From NCBI RefSeq assembly GCF_001194135.2, contig NC_068985.1:5257872-5301358 (forward strand): 43,487 nt of DNA, written 5' to 3'. This document shows positions 11,223 through 23,019 of the stretch, piece by piece. The stretch's first letter is position 1, and each line of letters opens with the position of its first letter. The notes beneath the pieces are model-generated. The model saw only the letters and a list, made by a program, of their open reading frames with translations. It had not been told where the DNA came from and did no database searches. The position numbers and the translations under genes are program-made. Origin of the DNA: Octopus bimaculoides (taxonomy: Eukaryota).

Positions 11223-11944
11223 CAGATTTCTTATTCCAAACCTTATTCAACAAGCTTAATTTCTTCTATCTTTGTCGCAATTTCGACAAGTTTTTGACGA
11301 ATTAAATGAACGTGATAAACAATCTCTCAGGAATGTTTGGAAAAAGCTGTCATGTCAGAAATTGCGTAGATCATATCATTTCAGTCTGAGAACTAGATGA
11401 AGGGATTTCAGGAGAAACCATTTTCAGAAGTCTGCTCTGATTTCCTGTATATTCTATTACTATAAGGTGATTCGCGAAAGAAGCTTTAAGAAAACACACA
11501 CTCACACACGTGCACATGTGTATCTATGTATCTCTATGTGCGCGCTTGTGTGTAAGCTATCATAAAATATTAAATAGCAAAGCTAAATATCTAACAAGTA
11601 AAACATTATAAATATAACAAAATGCGCACAAATTGATAAGAAAAAAAGGATGTGAAAATAAAGCTAAAATATGACGAAGATCGATAACATGAAAGTTATG
11701 GTGTATCTTTAGGGTATATAACTCGAGCATTGCACGTCCAATATCAATTACTTATGCACAAGTGCAATCTTGTTAACCAAATTAGTTGGAGAAGCCATGG
11801 AAAATGCTTCTCATTTTAGTATTTCCAATAATGAATACTAGAGTAATGACAGAATAATAATTTCGAAATAGTCTAGAGCTACACAGGCAGTTCTTACTGG
11901 TGACGTAGAAGTATATGTAGTAGTATTAGTATAAGTAATATTAG

Positions 11945-12020
11945 GAGCAATAGCAGCAGTAGTAGTAGCAGCAGCTGTAGCAGCAGCTGTAGCAACAGTA
12001 GTGTTAGTAGTAGTAGTAGT
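11945..12020. repeat. (GCA)/(GTA) trinucleotide repeat
   Basis: Direct. Confidence 0.9.
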
Positions 12021-12124
12021 TTCATAGACCTGGTCGATTTGGTAGCCGTAATCCTATCTTATCAGACACATCATTTCCGGAACCATACAACTCAATGTTT
12101 CTTTCGTTATTGTTGTTATTGTTG

Positions 12125-12320
12125 TTGTTGCTGTTTATCTCAAGTCAAGCTAGAATCACGAGAAGCTATGATCAAAGGAATTTTAGTCGCAACCATTCTG
12201 TCTTTTCGGGTTTGTGTCGGAATACATCATTTAATATGTTCGTTGTTGAAGACAAGTGAAGGTCATTTAACGGAAATTTGGTTGCTATTTCAAGCATGTT
12301 GAGCATCCTCATAGATACTT
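12125..12320 (+). mobile_element. Interspersed repeat family D (unclassified, diverged)
   Basis: atgatcaaagg..accattctgtc and aatttggttgctatttc recur at 12590-12630 (-), 18555-18750 (+) and 41275-41345 (+). Confidence 0.45.
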
Positions 12321-13219
12321 ACTTATTTCCCGACCATCATTAATTAATCAGATATAGCATCAAAGACAGTCCATTCATAACCATCCTCTCTTGTTCTTTT
12401 GTTTTTCGTTTTTTAGGTCGAGTATACCTACGACTGTATCATCTTACTTTAACTCAGTGATGTCGCTAATATAGAGCAAGTAATGCTTGCGCCTCACATA
12501 TTCTCGATTTCTCTCTTGAATTCGATGGGAAATTTCTCCATTAACATCGAATATTTGAACCCTAACCAACATGTAGTTTCCACGCAGTCACTCAATCTGC
12601 TGGAAACAACAACCAAATTTTCTTGAAAGCTTGCTCTTTAGTCTCTAAAAGTTGGAGAATATTTCGTCGATAACCAATGTTAAAAGAAAAGAAAAAACGG
12701 AGAGCTTCTATTGTGGCGGAATATATTTTGTTTTTTCTCATCCTGAATCTTTTGAGTGCAACAAATGTTAATCTTGGAGGAAAACCCCAAATATTTGACG
12801 TAACGAAGCAAATACAAAAATCCGTTATTTAGTAGGTGCTACAAATGTATTAGGGAATTGTCCTACTTCCGTCTAATTTTTATCACAGAGAAGATAAAAT
12901 AGTGCTTATAATCTTTCTTTCTTGAAAATTGTATTGGATAAGTTTAAAACGATAAATATCATCTCAATGTTGTGAAACAGGACAATTTGTCCGATCTCTT
13001 TTCAATGCCATTAGGGCCACTCCCACCAAGCAGGGACTGCCTCCACTGTGAGAAATTGTGTGCTATCTAATCAAATGTTTCTAATAATGGTCATGATAAT
13101 AGCAATAAAATTTTTGTGACATAAATATAAGACTACATCATTTGTCGATAAGTAAAGAGGACACCACTGTATTTAACTTAGAGGGCCAAGCAAGGAAACG
13201 TCGCCAAACGGAAACATCA

Positions 13220-13500
13220 GTTCCAACAAACAATTACTTAAAGCTCGAAAAAATAGAGAAATTATACGAATATAAATATCTCGAAATAGAAATAACCTGA
13301 ATGTGGGGACTGCAAATAAGAAAAATCCATATAATGATAGGTGTCCTGGAATGGTTAAAGACAAGAAAATAGATACAAACCTCCAGCTCTAAAACATACG
13401 ATTATATACAACACACAATATAAAAGGAAAAAAAAAAAACAGAACTGAAGGCCTTGCAGACATATCACGCAAAGTACTGTCAAGACATCAGGAAATGTAA
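13220..13500 (+). mobile_element. Old R4/Dong RLE remnant
   Basis: LKLEKIEK..YKYLEIEIT*MWGL..IMIGVL..ISRKVLS, homologous to the C-terminus of copy 2. Confidence 0.75.
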
Positions 13501-13630
13501 TAGCACAATGAATCTGTACACAGACTCATGGCGCAAGGAGCAGGTCTCTGTGGTTTAGTAACAAAACGGATTCAGTAAATATGGCGTTGCTGATAAAATA
13601 ACATTGTAACTTTTAGCATGTTACATTTTT

Positions 13631-13730
13631 GAATAAGTACTGGGGTCGATTGATTTGACTAAAAGTTCCTGAAGGCGGTGCCCCAGAATGGCTACTGTCT
13701 AATATCTGAAACAAGTAAAAGATAAAAGTT
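13631..13730 (+). mobile_element. SINE family A 3' tail fragment
   Basis: gaataagtactggggtcgat...gcggtgccccagaatggc...ctgaaacaagtaaaagataaaag. Confidence 0.8.
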
Positions 13731-13783
13731 AAAAATACATAGTCTTAGCATTGGCAGATATGAATTCAATGCGAATACTTTCT

Positions 13784-13998
13784 AAGGCGCGCTGGCAGAG
13801 TCGTTAGCACGCTGGAAGAAATGATTAGCAGTATTTCGCTTTCTTTACGTCTTGAGTTCAAATTCTGCTGATGTCGAACTTGTCTTTCATCTTTTCGAGG
13901 TCGATTGAATAAGTACCAGTTACATACTGGGGTAGATGTAATCGACTATCCCCCTCCTACAAAATTGCTGCCCTTGTGGCAAAATTTGAAGCCATTAT
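13784..13998 (+). mobile_element. SINE family B, tail type i
   Basis: Full head, central domain and ccttgtggcaaaatttga tail. Confidence 0.9.
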
Positions 13999-14015
13999 TA
14001 CTATTTTCTCAAACA

Positions 14016-14270
14016 TTAATTTTTATCTTCATATAAAATAATGTTCCGTAACCCTTTGTTCACTGCATCCTGCTGTGCATCTTTGACCGCTGTTTCAATG
14101 AACTCTGCCCCATTGAAATGGAGAGCAGCATAAAATGTTCGTCCCAAACGCCTCAAAAGCAACCCGTATAAATAAGAGGCGTCTTTGAATGGTAAGAACA
14201 TCAGACAAATGGTAATGATTCAAGACTTGCAAGTATGCACAACAGAAAGAATGGCACTCTTTGGTACTAA
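14016..14270 (-). pseudogene. Unassigned coding-like segment (..CLMFLPFKDASYLYGLLLRRLGRTFYAALHFNGAEFIETAVKDAQQDAVNKGLRNIILYEDKN*)
   Basis: Non-repetitive, protein-like composition, GC above background; in-frame TGA upstream; no certain family assignment. Confidence 0.3.
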
Positions 14271-14274
14271 ATAA

Positions 14275-14654
14275 ATATTCTTTTCTACTCTAGGCACAAA
14301 GCCCGAATTTTTGGGGAATGTGGGGCCAGTCGACTGGATCGACGCTAGTACGCAACTGATACTTAATTTATCGATCGCGAAAAGGATGAAAGGCAAAGTC
14401 GACCTCGGCGGAATTTGAACTCATAACGTAAAGACAGACGAAATACAGCTAAGCATTTCACCCGGCGTGCTAACGTTTCTGCCAGCTCACCACCTTATAT
14501 ATTCTTTTCTACTCTAGGGACAAGGTCCGAAATTTTGGGGGAGGGGGGGCAGTCGACTAGATCGATCCCAGTACGGAAATGGTACTTAATTTATCCACCC
14601 CGAAAGGATGAAAGGCAAAATCGACTTCGGTGTAATTTGAACTCAGAACGTAGA
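14275..14654 (-). mobile_element. Two tandem SINE B copies, tail type ii (14275-14496 full; 14499-14654 head-truncated)
   Basis: Both begin with atattcttttctactctagg (reverse-complemented tail) and share the B central domain. Confidence 0.9.
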
Positions 14655-14963
14655 CATATCTCAATATGGTAGAAAATAAATAAAGCTTCCGCATCTCATC
14701 AATCAAACATTTCCAACAATTTCTCCCCATAGGGGTAACTATCTGGGGTCTTTTCAATGCCAGCGAATATCCCAGAAGGGGAATATGAAGTTCAACTGCC
14801 GTTTCCTTTTTTCTGGAGAATTTGTGAAAAGTATTTAACTTGGTCAACGGGAACACGAACCTTCTAACCCAATCAGATGAAGGCATATGCCATACAAAGT
14901 CGAACAAAATGCCGATAAGCATTTCTGTCCGGCGTGCGAACAATTCTGCTACGTTCTTCTCGT

Positions 14964-15166
14964 CCACTCAGCTGGCAAACATGAGTAGTACCAGTAATTC
15001 AAAGGGCCAGTCCTGTAATATTCTGTGTCGTACTGAATCTTTTTCAGAACTATGTTAAGGATTACGCATGCCACTGGTGTTCTCAGCCACTTGCAATTTA
15101 ATTTCACGAGCAGGCTGTTCCGTTGATCGGATCAACTGGAACGCTCATCGTCGTAACTGACGGAGT
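14964..15166 (+). mobile_element. SINE family C 3' part (preceded by a SINE B head fragment at ~14895-14955, minus strand)
   Basis: ccactcagctggcaaa..tcaaagggccag..cacgagcaggctgttccgttgatcggatcaactggaac is the reverse complement of the copies at 20.5 and 28.6 kb. Confidence 0.8.
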
Positions 15167-16559
15167 AGAAGCTTTTTAACCTAATCAGAGTCATCAGTGT
15201 TTGGTTCTAATGATGTAGAAGTTCGAAAATGTACAAGCAGCTATCAGAATTAATTTGCATGTGAAGAAATAAAGTCAGTTGACTTGCAAATTGAAGGGAA
15301 AAAATACGGAAATATTTCATCGAACTTTTCCCAAATATTCAAAATAAACCCAACAAATAATATTACAATACCGACATTTTAGTAACAATAATTTTTAATA
15401 TATTCTGTGTGAATACTAAGACTGTTTCAATACACTCATTTCTATTGTTACCATTGTTTGCCAGTGCATTTCGTATAGGATCTTTGTTGGGCTTTGTTGA
15501 AAATTTCTATCGACCGCGAGCAATGATATTAATATAGCAACAAAGACTGACCTTGCACTAAGGCAAAAAATATATTATCGTTATACGAGAAAACTATTAT
15601 TGATGTCAGAAATCATCATCATCAACATCATTTGAAGTCATTATTATTATCAAATATAATGAATAAAAATAAAAAGAATCAAAATCAATAAAGGGTTTCA
15701 TTATTAATTTTAGTAGTAGTTGTAGTAGTAGTAGTACCATCGTTGTGTATATAGATATATATTTGTGCAAATTCTATAAAACCAGGAAACCTATATAGCG
15801 AAGGGGTTTTGTTTCATTTAACCATGTGATATTTATTAGATTCATTTGAATGGAAATTGTTACTTTATTTAAAGTTTAGATTAAAGGAAACGTTCCCTCA
15901 CCATAGCTAAAACAAGCATTATTATTATGACTATAATTTTGCACTTCGGCAGAAAGAAGCACAAAGAATATTCAGTGCAAATTAAACCATGTGTGGCCTG
16001 ATCGAAGCGTCTCTGGTTTTGAATAAAAATCGACCGATTTTTAACACTATTGCATCTACAAGTCAATACATGATAGATGCAGAGCATAAAAAGAAAAGGC
16101 AACGATAGCTGCATTAAGAAGTATTTCAAAGTAATGGCGGGTGTCAACTTCCTTTCTTTAAGCTATAGTCGATAAAATATATCTACATAATATACTGTGG
16201 ACGATTGAATCGACTTTACACAGTTTCAGTAAGACAATTAACCTTTTGCTTGCTTCAAAGTAATCAATATGTAATGTATATGGTCGGCTTGCACAGATCA
16301 CATTCGTCTTTTCTCAAGTTCCATTCTAGTTGATATATTCTAAATTTTTTCTTTGAAAGTTAATCATAGTAGACTGGAATGTACTAATGGCCTTTGCAGA
16401 CCCTATCAATTTGAATACATGGAGGTGAATGACTTCTAGGTAAAAAAATGTGACTTGCAGAATAATGAAATCACATTAAAAAAATCACAACCGCACACTG
16501 ATGCTATGAGTTACTAATCGTATACATTCTCATTGAATATATTTCCCTCCCTTAAAAGT

Positions 16560-16640
16560 GAAGGTATGTGGCTTAGTGGTAAGGCTATTCGACGCACTAT
16601 CGTGATTTCGAATCCCGGTGATGCGTTGTGTCCTTTCTTA
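16560..16640 (+). mobile_element. Decayed tRNA-derived SINE head
   Basis: gtggcttagtggtaagg..cgtgatttcgaatcccggtgatgcgttgtgtcct resembles the head of the 28.8-kb copy. Confidence 0.5.
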
Positions 16641-16781
16641 AATACCTTCTCTTAATATTTTTCGTTCTGAGTAATTTCCGCAGTCCCCACTAGAATGTGT
16701 AAATTTTGTTCAACCTCAAATTTCTGCGTTTTCCTTTTGTTTTATATTTTTCACTACTTAAACATATATTCATAACATATA

Positions 16782-16823
<42 letters not shown>

Positions 16824-16829
16824 CATACA

Positions 16830-17393
16830 TACTCTTTTACTTGTTTCAGTCATTTGATTGCGGCCATGCTGGGGCACCGCCTTTTGTCGAGTAAATTGAC
16901 CCCAGGTCTTATTCTTTGTAAGTCTAGTACTTATTCTATCGGTTTCTTTTGTCGAACCGCTAGAATACGGGGACGTANNNNNNNNNNNNNNNNNNNNNNN
17001 NNNNNNNNNNNNNNNNNNNNNNNNNNNNNNNNNNNNNNNNNNNNNNNNNNNNNNNNNNNNNNNNNNNNNNNNNNNNNNNNNNNNNNNNNNNNNNNNNNNN
17101 NNNNNNNNNNNNNNNNNNNNNNNNNNNNNNNNNNNNNNNNNNNNNNNNNNNNNNNNNNNNNNNNNNNNNNNNNNNNNNNNNNNNNNNNNNNNNNNNNNNN
17201 NNNNNNNNNNNNNNNNNNNNNNNNNNNNNNNNNNNNNNNNNNNNNNNNNNNNNNNNNNNNNNNNNNNNNNNNNNNNNNNNNNNNNNNNNNNNNNNNNNNN
17301 NNNNNNNNNNNNNNNNNNNNNNNNNNNNNNNNNNNNNNNNNNNNNNNNNNNNNNNNNNNNNNNNNNNNNNNNNNNNNNNNNNNNNNNNNNNNN

Positions 17394-17424
<31 letters not shown>

Positions 17425-17530
17425 TATGTACTAGGCTTACAAAAAACAAGTTCTGGGGTCGATTTGTTCGACTAAAGGCAGTGCTTCAGCATGGCCGCAG
17501 TCAAATGACTGAAACAAGTAAAAGAATAAA
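16830..17530. mobile_element. Two oppositely oriented SINE A tails (16830-16977 minus; 17422-17530 plus) around gap N 16978-17393
   Basis: The two tails are reverse complements (gcggccatgctggggcaccgcc / ggcagtgcttcagcatggccgc). Confidence 0.85.
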
Positions 17531-18780
17531 ATAATGAAAAGAATAATACATGTGCGTGTGTGCGTGAGTGTATTTATGTATAATATCATTATAAAGTTAG
17601 CATAGAATTGTAAAATTTGCATAATTATATTTTCATACGTGACAGTATTAACCTGCAGCATAAGATAACTCTATGAATATATTACATTTTGTAAATAGAT
17701 TCATTAACGAGAAAGACAGCTAATGCTTTTTTTTTTCTTCTAACCTGTACATTGTTATTATGTATACAATCTAAGATGAGATTATGAAGTTCGAGAAATA
17801 TGTACTGTAGATTGTTTTGTGTATGAACCAGCAGCTGAGTTAATACAACTCACTTCAAGCAGAGGTAAGAGAGGAGCTAGAAATTTAGAGAAATAGAAGC
17901 AGAATAGAGGGAAAATGCAGTGTTGGAAAAAACTATATTATAATTGAGAGAAACTTAATAACTTGTGGGGAGAGTGAGAGTGAGAGAGGGTGACAATGAG
18001 TGAGAAAGAGAGAGAGAAAATAGAAGAGTTGAACACACAAGGGAAAGTATGGCGGAGGTGGTGTAAAATATTGTGAACGGAAAGCAAAATAAATGTACAT
18101 ATATTTAAAACTGAGGACTTGAGTCACGCCATTACTTATATTTTGTCGTAAGATGTGGTAACGCTTCTATCGTTTGATCATATTCCCTTTGAGGTAGATG
18201 CCAACGATGTCTGTCAGACGAAACAGGAATTGCGAAGTTGTGTCTTATGCATCTTCTACACTGGCGTTATGATATTAGCGACGTAATTAAATAACTTATA
18301 TCAAATTGGAATCGAAACCCGTATCGATGTGTTTACTCAGCAGGAATTCCCATTTTGTTTTCTGGCAGTCACGACAAGTAATGGAAAAGGAAGCATGATT
18401 TGGTATTGTTCCGAAGGCAATTTTCAGGTGACAGTGAAATCTAGTAAAGTTTACATCAAAAAGAGGAGGCGGCAAAATGATATTTCCTAAAAGTATTCGC
18501 TCTGGAGAAATGGAATTGGTAAAAAGATTTCATTTCCAAAACGTATTATTGCTATGATCGGTGTTTAGTCCCAGCTAAGATCTAATTCAGCAGATATTCA
18601 ATCAAAGGTGTCTTGGCGTCTACCATCCTGTCCTATGTTTTAGGGTTAGCTTTGACTTTATTCTCAAATTTGTCCATTTTTGTTTTGTTCTTCAAGTGAT
18701 TTAAAGGCAATATAGCTGCCATTTCAGGCGAGTGGAAGAACCATGTACAGTATTTATTTCTGACTTGCCGAGGACATATT

Positions 18781-19140
18781 ATTATTGATTTCAAATTTTG
18801 GCACAAGGCCAGCAATTTCGGTGGTGGGGTGATTCGATTACACCGATTCCAGAACTCAACTGGTATTTATTTTATCGGCCCTGAAAGGTTGAAAAGCAGA
18901 GCAAACCTCCGCGGAATTTGAACTCAAGACCTAAAGAAGGATGAAATGCCATCAAGCAATTTGCCCGACGTGCTAGGGGTTTCTAACGGTTCGCTGCCTT
19001 TCTTTAGCATGTTTATATTATAACTGCTCTTAAGACGGCGAGCTGACAGAATCGTTAGCACGCCAGGCAAAATACTTGGCGGAATCGACTTTCCTCCTCT
19101 CTGAAATTGCTGGCTTTGTGCCAAAAATTGAAAACAAATT
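18781..19140. mobile_element. Head-to-head SINE B pair (18781-19000 minus; 19032-19140 plus, internally deleted)
   Basis: The second copy joins its head directly to aatcgacttt..gctttgtgccaaaaattga. Confidence 0.85.
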
Positions 19141-19893
19141 CTTAAAGGCGTAGCCTGAATTTGTTTTATCTGGTTGGTTACAGTTCGAATGATTCTTTTC
19201 ACAAGTCTGCTTAATAAATGACCTGTGGTTAAAGAACCGCAACAAAAACTAACCACTTGTCCAATTTCGTACTTTGAATTAGTCTCAAGTTGTAATTATA
19301 TCGAATATGAAGATTAACACCTGTGACTTTTGAACTGAGAACATCAGGAGAGATACCATAACGACAGAACATTTCTACAGATTCACCATAACCATTTCTG
19401 CTACTTCATTATTCCTTACAAAATTAAATTACGTTATCCTTGTTTAAATCATATAAGCTATTCTAAAGTAATATTTCCTCGTAAATTCTATTATCTCATC
19501 TTAAATTACTGTATTTCATATCAAATTTAATTTCGTAATCTGAAGAAAATAATTTCTGAAGCAAACCTTATGAGTTAGATTCAGAATTCTATATTGATAG
19601 AGTAGAATAACGCAATAAACAAACTCCCGACTCCGAGCTAGAAATGCTTTACTCCTAGACGTGAGTGGAAGTGATAATTGTTCATGGTAGAAGGACTATA
19701 GTTATACTGTATCGATATAACTTTTATTGTTTGGAAATGGGCTATTTGTAATTTATGATAATTTATTAATTATACCTGACTGTCTCTATTCCAACTGTGT
19801 TTTACGAACAGTTATTAGAAGTATCAAATTTTAGCACAGAGCCAGCAGGTTTTAAGAAGAGGGAGCGAGTCGATTGATTTGATCCCAGTGTTC

Positions 19894-19954
19894 GGAAGTC
19901 AGAGAGATAGACCTATAGTTTTTGGTATCTGCTCTGCTTCCTGCTTTATATATA
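19894..19954 (-). mobile_element. LINE RT fragment (CR1/L2/Jockey-type) entering gap N 19955-20478
   Basis: IYKAGSRADTKNYRSISLTS matches the PIxKxGxxxxxxNYRPISLTS motif. Confidence 0.7.
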
Positions 19955-20478
19955 NNNNNNNNNNNNNNNNNNNNNNNNNNNNNNNNNNNNNNNNNNNNNN
20001 NNNNNNNNNNNNNNNNNNNNNNNNNNNNNNNNNNNNNNNNNNNNNNNNNNNNNNNNNNNNNNNNNNNNNNNNNNNNNNNNNNNNNNNNNNNNNNNNNNNN
20101 NNNNNNNNNNNNNNNNNNNNNNNNNNNNNNNNNNNNNNNNNNNNNNNNNNNNNNNNNNNNNNNNNNNNNNNNNNNNNNNNNNNNNNNNNNNNNNNNNNNN
20201 NNNNNNNNNNNNNNNNNNNNNNNNNNNNNNNNNNNNNNNNNNNNNNNNNNNNNNNNNNNNNNNNNNNNNNNNNNNNNNNNNNNNNNNNNNNNNNNNNNNN
20301 NNNNNNNNNNNNNNNNNNNNNNNNNNNNNNNNNNNNNNNNNNNNNNNNNNNNNNNNNNNNNNNNNNNNNNNNNNNNNNNNNNNNNNNNNNNNNNNNNNNN
20401 NNNNNNNNNNNNNNNNNNNNNNNNNNNNNNNNNNNNNNNNNNNNNNNNNNNNNNNNNNNNNNNNNNNNNNNNNNNNNN

Positions 20479-20787
20479 CATGTGGCTGAGCACTCCACAG
20501 ACATGCGAGCCCTTAACGTAGTTCTTGGGGAGATTCAGCGTGACACAGTGTATGATAAAGTTGGCCCCTTTGAAATACAGGTACAATAGAAACAGGAAGT
20601 AAGAGTGAGAGAAAGTTGTGGTGAAAGAGTACAGCAAGGTACACCACCTCCCTCTGCCGGAGCCTCGTGGAGCTTTAAGTGTTTGTGCTCAATAAGCATT
20701 CACAATGCCCAGTCTGGGAATCGAAACCGCGATCCTACGACCGCGAGTCGAGTCCGCTGCCCTAACCACCGGGCCATTGCGCCTCAC
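20479..20787 (-). mobile_element. SINE family C with head type 1
   Basis: Minus strand: gaggcgcaatggcccggtggttagggcagcggac..ggtttcgattcccagac (A/B boxes), then the shared C body. Confidence 0.85.
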
Positions 20788-20865
20788 ACACACACAGACA
20801 CACACATACACACATACACACGCACACATATATATAGATATACATATACATATACATACACACAC

Positions 20866-20920
<55 letters not shown>

Positions 20921-21233
20921 NNNNNNNNNNNNNNNNNNNNNNNNNNNNNNNNNNNNNNNNNNNNNNNNNNNNNNNNNNNNNNNNNNNNNNNNNNNNNNNN
21001 NNNNNNNNNNNNNNNNNNNNNNNNNNNNNNNNNNNNNNNNNNNNNNNNNNNNNNNNNNNNNNNNNNNNNNNNNNNNNNNNNNNNNNNNNNNNNNNNNNNN
21101 NNNNNNNNNNNNNNNNNNNNNNNNNNNNNNNNNNNNNNNNNNNNNNNNNNNNNNNNNNNNNNNNNNNNNNNNNNNNNNNNNNNNNNNNNNNNNNNNNNNN
21201 NNNNNNNNNNNNNNNNNNNNNNNNNNNNNNNNN

Positions 21234-21271
<38 letters not shown>

Positions 21272-21476
21272 CCATGATATGGTAAAAATTCGATATTAAT
21301 TAATATCAATTTAATACCAGGAAACTAGCACATTAAAAGAATCAGAAGGTTCAGGAAAAAAAATTTTGGAGATCCTAAAAGGATTATAGTACTTGTGTAT
21401 ATAAGATTGACCATTAACTGGTCTGTCAATATGCTAGAAGAAGATCACTTAAAAAATTCTCAAATAAGGATTCAGC

Positions 21477-21683
21477 GGAGCAAAAACAGGCGCACGTGCA
21501 CATTTCCACTGGTTGAAGACAACTAGCACGAGATTCTGTTCGATTATAACAATATCGGCAATTTGTACTGATGATAAATAGAGATTTTAATTTGGAAGTG
21601 TTGATTTTGAAAGTATAGTCTACATATAACCGAGGTATGTATAATTTTCACTGGTCTCGCTCGCCTGTTTTTGCTCCCCCCTC

Positions 21684-21686
<3 letters not shown>
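21477..21686. mobile_element. Possible Tc1/mariner-type MITE
   Basis: 16-bp inverted repeat ggagcaaaaacaggcg / cgcctgtttttgctcc; right end ...cccctcgTA is mariner-like; left outer end is decayed. Confidence 0.45.
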
Positions 21687-21715
<29 letters not shown>

Positions 21716-22098
21716 CAAAAATTCAAAGTTATTCACTCCGAGGTATCCAAAATAATTTCAACGCTGTATTTATCCTTCCTCGCCTTATACAAACCTCATA
21801 AGTCCTCGTGCTTTTTGTTTTTAACTAACCCAAGGGATAGCTCGACGCCAGAAGTAAGTTTACTTCAATAGGTATACATTCATAAAGAGATAATGTATTG
21901 TTTGCGGCCCAACACACCAATCGATACAATTAAATGCACTGAAAAAAGGCAAAATTAGTAACTTAATAGATTTTGGTCCAAAAATTGCAGCCATTGACCT
22001 AAGTAGAGTAATGTCTTAAGATGTTATCCGCATCTTAACCGACCGAACAGAAAATCTAATGAAGATTTCTTCTACACAATGTAAGCATCATTCTGTTA

Positions 22099-22309
22099 TT
22101 CTTTTCTTTGTTTGAGTCATTTTGACTGCGGTCATGCTGGAGCACCGCCTTTCAGTCGAACAAATCGATCCCAGGACTTATTCTTTGTAAGAGTAGTATT
22201 TATTCTATCGGTCCCTTTTGTCGAACCGCTAAGTTCGGAGGACGTAAAACCACCAGCATCGGTTGTCAAGCGATGGTGGGGGACAGACATAGACACACAC
22301 ACACACACA

Positions 22310-22351
<42 letters not shown>

Positions 22352-22500
22352 CGACTGGCTTCTTTCAGTTTCCTTCTACCAAATCCACTCACAAAGCTTT
22401 GGTTGGCTACATTAGAAGACATTGCCCAAGGTGCCACTCTGTGGGACTGAACCCGGAACCATGTAGTTGGTAAGCAAACTACTCACAATACAGCCACTCC
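22099..22500 (-). mobile_element. SINE family A, full length with internal (CA)n(TA)n
   Basis: Head, CORE-like domain, microsatellite, second domain and tail all present. Confidence 0.9.
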
Positions 22501-22603
22501 ATGTTCAAAAGTAATAATTAAGTTAGAGCTTTAGCTTATCGTGAAATAAATAGTCTTCGAAAATGCTTCCGTAGAGACGTATCGAACCCCAAACCTTGCC
22601 TCC

Positions 22604-22812
22604 CGTGGCAGAATCGTTAGCATGCCAAAGAAAGTGCTTAGCTGCATGTCACTCCTCTTTACGTTCTGAGTTCAAATTCCGCCGATGTCGAATTTCCCTT
22701 TTGTCCTTTCGGGGTGAATAAAATAAGTACCAGCTGAACTGTGGGGTCGATGTAATTGATTTAAACCCCTGTCCCGAACGTGCTGGGCTTATGCCAAAAT
22801 TTGAAACCAATA
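22604..22812 (+). mobile_element. SINE family B, tail type i
   Basis: Matches the B consensus. Confidence 0.85.
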
Positions 22813-22843
22813 CAGTTATGTATCATCTACCAAACATTTGAAG

Positions 22844-23019
22844 TCCTACAGTTCTATATTTAAGAGATGAGGAATTATGAACATTATTTCCATTATTTAC
22901 ATTTGACGGATATTGTTTGTTGTTAGGAATGAGAACCCTGATGAAAGCTGGAGAGCCGAAACGTTGTGTTAACAACAAACAAGATGAGGACAAGTATCCG
23001 TCAAATGTAAATAATATAA
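22844..23019 (+). mobile_element. Hammerhead-bearing hairpin insert (PLE pLTR-like)
   Basis: Perfect 21-bp (22892-22912/22995-23015) and 13-bp (22913-22925/22970-22982) inverted arms; 48-nt left tail; flanked by atttgaag (22836-22843, 23020-23027). Confidence 0.75.
22934..22970 (+). ncRNA. Minimal type-I hammerhead ribozyme motif
   Basis: CTGATGA (22938-44), AA, stem II GCT-ggag-AGC, C, GAAA (22958-61), C-GTT with no stem-III loop (palindromic ACGT); stem I AACC/G(T)GTT is bulged. Confidence 0.65.
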
